Counted from the first letter of the stretch, positions 1 to 9,049 are shown. The stretch is DNA of 11,511 bases from Octopus sinensis (GCF_006345805.1 NW_021826909.1:1-11511); one strand, 5' to 3'. Numbers and translations are program-made. The notes: generated by a model not told the origin, from the letters alone.

Positions 1-54
1 TACATATATAATATATATATATATATATACATACACACACACACACACACACAC
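1..54. repeat. (TA)n-(CA)n compound microsatellite
   Basis: Direct reading of the sequence. Confidence 0.97.
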
Positions 55-678
55 GGTGTCGGTGGCACGTAAAAGCACCATCCGTTTGTGGCCGTTTCCA
101 GCTCTGTCTGGCCCCTGTGCCGGTGACACGTAAAAGCACCATCCGTTCGTGGCCATTTGCCAGCCCTGTCTGGCCCCATGTCGGTGACATGTAAAATCAC
201 CATCCGTTCGTGGCCGTTTGGCCAGCCCTGTCTGGCCCCCATGTCGGTGACATGTAAAACACCATCCGTTCGTGTCCGTTGCCAGCCTCGCTTGGCCCCC
301 GTGCCGGTGACACGTAAAAGCACCATCCGTTCGTGGCCGTTTGCCAGCCCTGTCTGGCCCCCGTTTCGGTGGCATGTAAAAGCACCATCCGTTCGTGTCT
401 TTGCCAGCCTCGCCTGGCCCCCGTGCCGGTGACACGTAAAACACCATCCGTTCGTGGCCGATTGCCAGCTCTGTCTGGCACCTGTGCGGGTGGCACGTAA
501 AAAGCACCCACTACACTCACGGAGTGGTTGGCGTTAGGAAGGGCATCCAACCGTAGAAACACTGCCAGATCTGACTGGGCCTGCTGAAGCCTTCGGGCTC
601 CCCAGACTCCAGTTGAACCGTCCAACCCATGCTAGCATGGAGAACGGACGCTAAATGATGATGATGATGATGATGATG
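55..678 (+). mobile_element. Non-autonomous retroposon (local family R): tandem-repeat 5' part, unique 3' part and (ATG)8 tail; possibly RTE-clade mobilised
   Basis: The last array unit runs into GGTTGGCGTTAGGAAGGGCATCCAACCGTAGAAA, which I recall as a motif of invertebrate retroposon 3' regions. A perfect 14-bp palindrome CCATGCTAGCATGG lies at 627-640 and an (ATG)8 tail at 655-678. Short tandem-repeat tails are typical of RTE-type elements. Clade assignment is inference. Confidence 0.65.
60..508 (+). repeat. Tandem array of ~60-62 bp units (7 full units plus the start of an 8th)
   Basis: Units begin at about 60, 121, 182, 244, 305, 367, 427 and 487. Consensus is approximately CGGTGACACGTAAAAGCACCATCCGTTCGTGGCCGTTTGCCAGCCCTGTCTGGCCCCCGTGC. 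Confidence 0.95.
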
Positions 679-689
679 ACATATATGAT

Positions 690-747
690 GGGGTTCTTCC
701 AGCATGGCAGCAGACAAATGACAGAAACAAATAAAAGAATAAAAGAG
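690..747 (+). mobile_element. 3'-terminal fragment of SINE family H
   Basis: TCCAGCATGGCAGCAGACAAATGACAGAAACAAATAAAAGAATAAAAGAG aligns with the tail of the 1628-2447 element (TCCAGCATGGCCACAGTCAAATGACTGAAACAAGTAAAAGAGTAAAGAG). Confidence 0.75.
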
Positions 748-863
748 TGAATCCAGGTGATGAATCCAGGTGAGCAGATATGGAGATATTGATGCAAACA
801 ATCAAATAAAACTACCGGGGCTAGATATATAAAAGATACATACATACATAAATATATTGATGT

Positions 864-1061
864 GACCTCCTCCCATCATGAATGACCATGGAATTGCACC
901 TAGAAAGTTACCCTCCGAGGTGCAAGTCTGGGCAAGGTTGTTTATGGAAGACCAGCAGTCGCCCACACATACCAGCCTCCCTTCTCCACACCACCGATGT
1001 TATCCAAGGGAAAGGCAAAGGGGTCAATACAGCTTGGCATCAGTGATGTCGCAGCTCCTTT
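864..1061 (-). mobile_element. 5'-truncated SINE tail (local family B, probably CORE-associated)
   Basis: Recognised from memory as a cephalopod SINE tail. Its minus-strand 5' end (AAAGGAGCTGCGAC) resembles the end of the CORE-like block in elements F/G (AAAATGAGTTGTAGC near 11095). There is no second full copy in the window. Confidence 0.55.
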
Positions 1062-1504
1062 ATTAACGCGCAAGTGGCTGAGCAGTCCACAGACACGTGT
1101 ACCCTTAACGTAGTTCTCAGAGAGAGAGAGAGAGAGACTCAGCGTGACAAGGCTGACCCTTTGAAATACAGGTACAACAGAAACAGGAAGAAAGAGTGAG
1201 AGAAAGTTGTGGGGAAAGAGTACAGAAGGGTTCACCACCAACCCCTGTTGTACCTTATATACAGGTACAACAGAGTGTGACAAGGCTGACCCTTATATAC
1301 AGGTACAACAGAAACAGGAAGAAAGAGTGAGAGAAAGTTGTGGGGAAGAGTACAGCAGGGTTCACCACCAACCCCTGCCAGAGCCTTGTGGTGCTTTAGG
1401 TGTTTACGCTCAATAAACACTCACAATGCTCAGTCTGGGAATCGAAACCGCGATCCTACGACCGTGAGTCCGCTGCCCTAACCACTGGGCCATTGCGCCT
1501 CCAC
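1062..1504 (-). mobile_element. tRNA-derived SINE, family A copy 1 (3'-truncated, internally duplicated)
   Basis: Minus strand begins GTGGAGGCGCAATGGCCCAGTGG (A box) ... GGTTTCGATTCC (B box). It is clearly homologous to 1808-2201 and 3714-4102. An internal duplication spans 1144-1247 and 1277-1377. Confidence 0.92.
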
Positions 1505-1627
1505 TACATAATAACCTGGAGTTGAACAAAACACTAAACGATTATCTCATGATCTTCTTTAGCTATGAAGTTCATAAGAAAAATTGCTTCTTTCTTTGTC
1601 TTCACATTTTATAATATATATATATAT

Positions 1628-2447
1628 GGCACAGGAGTGGCTGTGTGGTAAGTAGCTTGCTTACCAGCCACATGGTTGCGCGTTCAGTCCCGCTCTGTAG
1701 CATCTTGGGCAAGTGTCTTCTACTATAGCCTTGGGCCGACCAAAGCCTTGTGAGTGGATTTGGTAGACGGAAACTGAAAGAAGCCCATCGTATATATGTA
1801 TATATATGGATGGATGGAAGCACTCCGTCGGTTACGACGATGAGGGTTCCAGTTGATCCGAATCAACGAAAACAGCCTGCTCGTGAAATTAACGTGTAAG
1901 TGGCTGAGCACTCCACAGACACGTGCACCCTTAACATAGTTCTTGGGGATATTCAGTGTGACACAGAGAGTGACAAGGCCGGCCCCTTGAAATACAGGTA
2001 CAACAGAAACAGGAAGTAAGAGTGAGAGAAAGTTGTGGTGAAAGAGTACAGCAGGGATCACCACCATCCCCTGCCGGAGCCTCGTGGAGCTTTTAGGTGT
2101 TTTCGCTCAATAAACACTCACAACGCCTGGTCTGGGAATCGAAACCGCGATCCTATGACCGCGAGTCCGCTGCCCTAACCACTGGGCCATTGCGCCTCCA
2201 CGTATATATATTTATATATATGTGTGCGTGTATGTTTGTGTGTCTGTGTTTGTCCCCCTAGCAATACTTGACAACCGATGCTGGTGTGTTTATGTCCCCC
2301 GTCACTTAGCGGTTCAGCAAAAAGAGACCAATAGAATAAGTACTGGGCTTACAAAGAATAAGTCCCGGGGTCGAGTTGCTCGATTAAAGGTGGTGCTCCA
2401 GCATGGCCACAGTCAAATGACTGAAACAAGTAAAAGAGTAAAGAGTA
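1628..2447 (+). mobile_element. tRNA-derived SINE family H with CORE-like block and internal microsatellite, interrupted by a family A insertion
   Basis: A-box-like TGGCTGTGTGGTAAG, B-box-like GTTCAGTCCC and CORE-like CTTGGGCAAGTGTCTT. The internal (TA)/(TG) tract is split at 1807/2202. The tail ends in TAAAAGAG/TAAAGAG repeats, and a tail fragment recurs at 690-747. Confidence 0.8.
1808..2201 (-). mobile_element. Full-length tRNA-derived SINE, family A copy 2
   Basis: A box TGGCCCAGTGG, B box GGTTTCGATTCC and a (CCAT)n tail on the minus strand. It is flanked by the direct repeat GTATATATAT (1798-1807, 2202-2211). Confidence 0.93.
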
Positions 2448-2449
2448 AT

Positions 2450-2612
2450 ATATTCACACACACACATATATATACATAATATACACACATTTTTGTACAT
2501 ACATATATGTATACATAAATATATACACACACATATATATATTTATATACATGCACATATATACATATGTATGTATGGACGGATGGATGAGCATATGTAT
2601 GTATGTATGTAC
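2450..2612. repeat. Mixed (CA)/(TA)/(TATG) low-complexity tract
   Basis: Direct reading. Confidence 0.85.
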
Positions 2613-2824
2613 AAATACATACCTGTACATGTGTGTATCAGTGTAGTAATGTTATCCAGTTAGCTACCAAACAATCTATCTACTGTCTGCGTTTTTTCTA
2701 CCTACCTGCAATTTGTGATTAAGTTTTAATTATATTTCTTATAAAGAAGAATAAAAAACACACGATATCAAACATGATGTAGACCAATCAATATTTCCTT
2801 GTTATACCACTATATATCTCTCTC

Positions 2825-2990
2825 TGTATGTATATACATATATGTGTATATATATATGTATATATATATACATATATATATATACACACACATATACATA
2901 TATACATATATATACACATATATATATATATACATATTATATACATATATATATATACACATATATATATATACACACATATATATATAC

Positions 2991-3035
<45 letters not shown>

Positions 3036-3036
3036 C

Positions 3037-3088
<52 letters not shown>

Positions 3089-3377
3089 CATATATATATA
3101 TGAAAAAACAAGTCAAAATAGAAATGCTAAAATAATTTATAAAGATTTCAGTACCGTTTCGGTCATTACATTATATATATATCCACATATATATATACAT
3201 ATATTATACATATATATATATATACATATATATTATACATATATATATATATATATACATATAATACATATATATATGTATCTATAATATATATATACAG
3301 ATATACTATATATATATACACACATATATATATACACACACACATATATATATATGTACAATATGTATATATATATA

Positions 3378-3431
<54 letters not shown>

Positions 3432-3451
3432 TATACATATATATGTGTATA

Positions 3452-3498
<47 letters not shown>

Positions 3499-3630
3499 TA
3501 AACAGTAAAATAATTACAGACATGGACACAAGAACGAAACACCACAGAGACGACACAAGAACCACAGGACGGGACATTCGAAGCCCTCAGTCATCAGTCA
3601 AGAACCAGATCATCTTAGCAATTTCGGCTG

Positions 3631-3671
<41 letters not shown>

Positions 3672-3710
3672 ATATATATTATATATATGTATATATATAT
3701 ATTTTATATT
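2825..3710. repeat. Long (TA)n-dominated microsatellite region with CA/TG interruptions and two short non-repetitive islands (~3102-3170, ~3497-3632)
   Basis: Direct reading. It produces the poly-YI ORFs. Confidence 0.95.
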
Positions 3711-3713
3711 GTG

Positions 3714-3832
3714 GCACTCCATCGGTTATGATGATGGAGTTCCAGTCGATCTGATTAATGAAACAGTCTGCTAGTGAACTTAATGTGCAAGTGGCTGAGC
3801 ACTCCACAGACAAGTGTACCCTTAACGAAGTT

Positions 3833-3872
<40 letters not shown>

Positions 3873-4102
3873 CAGCGTGACAAGGCTGACCATTTGAAAT
3901 ACAGGTACAACAGAAACAGGAAGAAAGAGTGAGAGAAAGTTTTGGTGAAAGAGTACAGAAGGGTTCACCACCACCACCCACTGCCGGAGCCTTGTGGAGC
4001 TTTAGGTGTTTTTGTTCAATAAACACTCACAACGCCCTGTCTGGGAATTGGACCTACGACCACGGGTCCACTGCCTTAACCACTGTGCCATTGCACCTCC
4101 AC
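3714..4102 (-). mobile_element. tRNA-derived SINE, family A copy 3 (degenerate B box, internal (AG)17)
   Basis: Colinear with copies 1 and 2. The head carries a deletion (GGGAATTGGACCTACG versus GGGAATCGAAACCGCGATCCTACG). Confidence 0.92.
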
Positions 4103-4108
4103 ATATAG

Positions 4109-4216
4109 ATACATACATACATACATACATACATACATACATACAAACAAACATACATACCAAATTTGGGCCTTTAACTTAAGTACTATATTCATCTGAA
4201 TCTAATTTTGCTGAAC

Positions 4217-4247
<31 letters not shown>

Positions 4248-4363
4248 CATATATACATTATATTTATTTATATATATTTATACACACACATATATGTATA
4301 TATAGACACAAATTCACCCATGTACATTCCATACTTCATATTATATATATTATATATATATCA

Positions 4364-4404
<41 letters not shown>

Positions 4405-4476
4405 TGTGTGGTGGTGTGTGTGTGTGTTTGTTTGTGTTTGTGTGTGTGTGGTGTGTGTGTGTGTGTGTGTGTGTGT
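4109..4476. repeat. (CATA)n, (TA)n and (TG)n microsatellites
   Basis: Direct reading. Confidence 0.9.
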
Positions 4477-4585
4477 ATTCATTTAAATCTTTAATTAACT
4501 CTAACAAAATGCAACATATTTTCCTAAATGTTTTGTGACAATATTCAAACAGAATTTTTAAATTTTCTTCTTAATGTTTCCCAGG

Positions 4586-4718
4586 CAACAACAACAACGC
4601 CGCCACCACCACCACCACCACCACCACCACCACCACCACACCACCACCACCACCACCACCACCACCACCACCACCACCACCACTACCATCACCAACAACA
4701 ACAACAACAACAACAACA
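4586..4718. repeat. (CAA)n-(CCA)n-(CAA)n trinucleotide tract
   Basis: Direct reading. Confidence 0.95.
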
Positions 4719-4790
4719 TCTACATTCATAGATACTCCAAAGCTGTTCTAATAATGATATAAGGAAGCATCCAGGTTGATAATGCAACTG

Positions 4791-4990
4791 TGATGATGAT
4801 GATGATGATAATGAAGATGACGAAGATGATGAAGATGATGACGATGATGATGACATCATTAGCAGTGATAAGAAAGATGCTGATGGTATTATGATGACAA
4901 TGTTGAGTATGATGATAATGATAATGATAACGATGATATTGATATTGATGATGACGATGATGATGTCGATGATAATGATGATGATAATGA

Positions 4991-5024
<34 letters not shown>

Positions 5025-5097
5025 GGTGATGATGATGATAATGATGATGGTGATGATGATGATGACGACAACAACGACGACGATGATGATGATGGTG

Positions 5098-5129
<32 letters not shown>

Positions 5130-5172
5130 GGTGGTGATGATGATGATGATGATGAAGAATATAATAATGATA
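4791..5172. repeat. (GAT)n-dominated trinucleotide tract with GGT/AAT/GAC variants
   Basis: Direct reading. Confidence 0.95.
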
Positions 5173-5669
5173 TGGATGACAATAAGGGGAGGGACGAGGA
5201 TGATAATGGCAAAACTTCTTTTTTTTTTTATCCATTAAATATTTCAACATCTCCAGAATGAAAATTTGATTAATATTATATTACCTTATCCGACGAGACA
5301 GTGAAACTGACAGGTGTAATGAAATCACTGGTTAAATCCAGCTTTTGTATAAAATTATGGATCACCTGGGTGGATCACTCGGCTACATAGAAGCTGCTCC
5401 ACTGGAATGTTACAGTCCTTTTGGCTGCTACTTTGAGCAAGTCGAGATGCCACATACAAGCTCTCTCATTGGACTGTAAAGTTCTATTTTAAAGATAGCA
5501 GGAAGTGTTATGTTTGTTTTTGTTTTTATGGGGGATCGGCATTGTACATATCAAGTAACTAAATAGAAGCTATTCTGCTTGCCTTTGTAGCCCTTATTTA
5601 AAAGGGCGTAAGGAATTTGTTAAGGGAGATCAAATGACTACATAGAAGCTCCCTTACTGGCTTGTACAG

Positions 5670-6520
5670 TCCCTATTTTTGATAGTAGGGAGTACATTAA
5701 GGGATATCATGTGACTATATTGAAGATCCCTCTCAGACTTTCATAGTATGATCCCTATTTTTGATAGTAGGGAGTGCGTTAAGGGATATCATGTGACTAT
5801 ATTGAAGATATAGCGGCGATCTGACAGACACGTTAGCGCGCCGGGCGAAATGCTGACCGGTATTTCGTCTGCAGCTATGTTCTGAGTTCAAATTCCGCCG
5901 AGGTCGACTTTGCCTTTCATCCTTTCGGGGTCGATAAATAAAAGTACCAGTTTCGCACTGGAGTCGATGTAATCGACTTAATCCGTTTGTCTGTCCTTGT
6001 TTGTCTGTCCTTGTTTGTCCCCTCTATGTTTAGCCCCTTGTGGGCAATAAAGAAATATATATTGAAGATCCCTCTCAGAGTTACGTAGTATGATCCCTAT
6101 TTTGATAGTAGGGAGTGTGTTAAGGGATATTATGTGACTATATTGAAGATCCCTCTCAGACTTTCATATGATCCCTATTTTTGATAATAGGGAGTGCGTT
6201 AAGGGATATTATGTGACTATATTGAAGATCCCTCTCAGACTTTCATATGATCCCTATTTTTGATAATAGGGAGTGCGTTAAGGGATATTATGTGACTATA
6301 TTGAAGATCCCTCTCAGACTTTCATATGATCCCTATTTTTCATAGTAGGGAGTGTGTTAAGGGATATTATGTGACTATATTGAAGATCCCTCTCAGACTT
6401 TCATAGTATGATCCCTATTTTTGATAGTAGGGAGTGCGTTAAGGGATATCATGTGACTATATTGAAGATCCCTCTCAGAGTTATGTAGTATGATCCCTAT
6501 TTTTGACAGTAGTGAGCTTG
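5670..6520. repeat. Minisatellite with 78-82 bp units (7 well-conserved units; degenerate units continue on both sides), interrupted by a SINE
   Basis: Units start (TCCCTATTT) at 5670, 5752, 6094, 6172, 6251, 6330, 6412 and 6494. Consensus: TCCCTATTTTTGATAGTAGGGAGTGCGTTAAGGGATATTATGTGACTATATTGAAGATCCCTCTCAGACTTTCATA(GTA)TGA. Confidence 0.95.
5810..6057 (+). mobile_element. Full-length tRNA-derived SINE, family N1 (central block resembling the Deu/Nin domain)
   Basis: 12-bp TSD TATATTGAAGAT (5798-5809, 6058-6069). B box GAGTTCAAATTC. Central GCCTTTCATCCTTTCGGGGTCGATAAA resembles the Nin/Deu SINE domain (from memory). A 14-bp internal duplication lies at 5986-5999/6000-6013. An inverted homologue lies at 10035-10264. 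Confidence 0.92.
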
Positions 6521-6813
6521 TTAATGAAATCAAATATCTATATAGAGGCTCCATCTAACTCATATGATCCCTATTCTTGAGGATGTTGCTGAGGGAGATT
6601 TGGTCAAGTAACTACCCTCTCTGGGTGTGTACTTCCTATTTTAAATGTGGACTGTTGTCGGATAATTTGCTGTTGAATTAATCCTAACAAACTGTCTATG
6701 CATAGAGGCTTTTTTGCTCCTAACTTTATCAAAGCAATTTGTATTCTGTAAATATATGTTTTTTTCATTCGTTTTGTTTTATGAATCTTTGTTTATTTGG
6801 TGAAAAAAAATTC

Positions 6814-7246
6814 CATACACACCCACACATATCTGTTCACACACACACACCTATGTATATATATATAATATAACACACACACACACACCTATGTATACAC
6901 ACACACACACACCTATGTATACACACACACACACACACACAAACATATATACATGCAAACACATCCATGTATGTGTATATATATATATATATATATATAC
7001 ATACACATACACACAAACATATACACATATGCTCAGATACACACACACACACACATATATATGTAGATACATGCATATACATATATGCACACACACATAC
7101 ACATATACACATATGAACATACACATATATATACACATGTTCACATATACACATGCATACACATATATGAGTTACACTTCTCATAAGCACACATACACAC
7201 ACTCGCACTCATACACATGAACACATTTACACACACACACACACAC

Positions 7247-7290
<44 letters not shown>

Positions 7291-7312
7291 GCTCACATAC
7301 ACACACATACAA
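6814..7312. repeat. (CA)n/(TA)n/(CATA)n low-complexity tract
   Basis: Direct reading. Confidence 0.93.
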
Positions 7313-7601
7313 AGTCAGCGCAACTCATAAAAGTAGAGAAAGAGAAAATAATTCCAATTTGCTTGTCAGGTACCAGATGTGATTAGGGAGTTTAAGGGTT
7401 TAATATCACAAATATGATTAGGGGTTTGTTTGTGTGTGAGTGAGGAGAGGTGGTAGGGAGAATGACGAGGTGTAAGGCGTGGGTGGTGATGGGAAGCAGC
7501 CGGAGTCGGGGGGTGGGGGTTAATGATAATAATGGTGGAGACAGATAAGAATTAACTGTAATTAATTTAATTGGTTTTATAGCCTTAATTACTTAAGACA
7601 G

Positions 7602-7679
7602 GCTTGGCTATGGAGAGAAAGAGAGAGAAGAGAGAGGAGAAGAAAGGGTGGGTTTACAGAGAAGGGAGAAAGATAGAGG

Positions 7680-7714
<35 letters not shown>

Positions 7715-8960
7715 AAAGAGACAAAAGGAGTGAGAGAGAGAGGTAGAGGGACAGTGAGGGGGGTGGTTGAAGGTAGAAGGTGTGGGTTAAGTGCAGGAGA
7801 AGGAGGGGTCTGCATGTAGGGAAATGAATTTTGGTTGGGGATGTCATTTAGGAATAATTCTGAGAAACGGGGAGTTGGTGAGATGGGGTTAGAGGTGGAT
7901 ATTCTCAAAGACAGTGGAGGGTTACAGGTAAGGGGGCGTAGAGAGAGAGAGAGGGAGGTTAAAAGATGGAGAGAGAGATAGGGAGAATTGCAGAGGGAGA
8001 GAGAGCGAGAGTGTGTGTGTGTGTGTGTGTGTGGTTGTGCGTATGTGTGTGTGTGTGTAGAAAGAGAGAGAGAGAGTGTGTGTGTGTCTGTGTGTAGAAA
8101 GAGAGAGAGAGAGTGTGTGTGTGTGTGTGTAGAAAAAGAGAGAGAGAGAGAGTGTGTGTGTGTGTAGAAAGAGAGAGAAAGAGTGTGTGTGTCTGTGTGT
8201 GTGTGTGTGTAGAAAGAGAGAGAGACAGTGTGTGTGTGTGTGTGTGTGTCTGTGTGTAGAAAGAGAGAGAAAGAGCGTGTGTGTGTGTGTGTGGTGTAGA
8301 AAGAGAGAGTGATATATAAACAGAGATGGAGAAGTAGATAACGATTAACTGAAAGACTGGATGTAGAGAGAGAGAGAGAGAGAGAGCTGCTGAGGTAGAC
8401 AGACTAAGAGATGGGGAGAAAGTGAGAGGGAGTGGAGAATAGAGAGGGGAGATAAGCAAAGACACTGAAGTAGATAGAGTAAGAGACAGACAGAGGGGAG
8501 AATAGAGAGGGATATAAAGAGAGATAGAGAAGTAGATACAGGTAGAAAGAGGGAGAGAGTGGAGAATAGAGAGTGATATAAAGAGAGAAATTGAAGTAGA
8601 GAGGGGGAGAAGTGAGAGAGGGAGGGAGAAGTGAGAGAGGGAGGGAGAAGTGAGAGAGGGAGGGAGAAGTGAGAGAGAGAGGGGGAGAAGTGAGAGAGAG
8701 AGAGTGTGTTTGGAGAATAGAGAGAAAGAGAGAAAGAAAGAGAGAGAGAGAGAGAGACTGAAATAGGCTGGCTGACAAACTGAGGGGGGGAAGAGAAAGG
8801 GTAGGAAAGAGGAGAAAGATAGCCACAGTAGATAGATAGACAGACAGACAGATAGACAGACCAAGAGAAAGAGAGAAAGAAAAGGGAGAAAAAAGAGAGA
8901 GAAGAGAGAGATGAGGTGAGGAAAGACTAAAACATGAAGAAAAATAAAAAATAAGGAGAG
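7602..8960. repeat. Purine-rich (GA)n region with embedded (GT)n-AGAAA-(GA)n compound repeats
   Basis: Direct reading. It produces the 334-aa and 193-aa low-complexity ORFs. Confidence 0.92.
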
Positions 8961-9049
8961 CAAGGTGCTTAGAGTTTCTCAACACAGCTTCTCCATATTA
9001 GATGTTAAATTGGTTTTAATAATTTAATCACGAGCCGTTATTTGATTTT

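Noticed and set aside
748-773. Perfect 13-bp tandem duplication TGAATCCAGGTGA
   Set aside because: Real, but most simply an ordinary slippage duplication or empty TSD-like scar with no further evidence.
1430-1504. tRNA genes at SINE heads (also 2130-2201, 5813-5900, 10283-10350, 10962-11030)
   Set aside because: A/B boxes are present, but acceptor and anticodon stems do not close properly and each head continues into a SINE body.
3575-3632. Hammerhead ribozyme-like motifs on the minus strand (GAAA at 3622-3625, CTGATGA at 3591-3597; also GACCGAAACGGTA near 3152-3164)
   Set aside because: I could not build canonical helices I-III around the core. An Infernal or RNAMotif search would be decisive.
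2788-5250. Poly-YI, poly-H, poly-S, poly-M and poly-T ORFs
   Set aside because: They are microsatellite artefacts open in several frames on both strands.
5275-5345. Possible minus-strand exon ending at donor-like AAG|GTAATA (~5283)
   Set aside because: There is no convincing acceptor or recognisable peptide. It cannot be supported without RNA data.
5859-5950. HDV-like ribozyme starting at GGTATTT (can pair with AAGTACC)
   Set aside because: The P1-like pairing exists, but the required P3/L3, P1.1 GG and J4/2 elements are not in the right order.
5670-6520. CRISPR-like appearance (regular hairpin-bearing repeats)
   Set aside because: The sequence between hairpins is also repeated, so there are no unique spacers. 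There are no cas genes and the context is eukaryotic. The same applies to 60-508.
7380-7430. Telomere-like TTAGGG motifs
   Set aside because: Only isolated, non-tandem occurrences, as expected by chance.
7545-7600. Cluster of TAAT/ATTA homeodomain-like sites; AATTGGTTTTA also recurs near 9009 across the purine tract
   Set aside because: Expected in AT-rich DNA, and no conservation evidence is available.
7959-8963. Longest ORFs (334 aa and 193 aa, minus strand)
   Set aside because: They are translations of (CT)n/(CA)n repeats (poly-SL, HT) that lack stops because of composition. No domain is recognisable.
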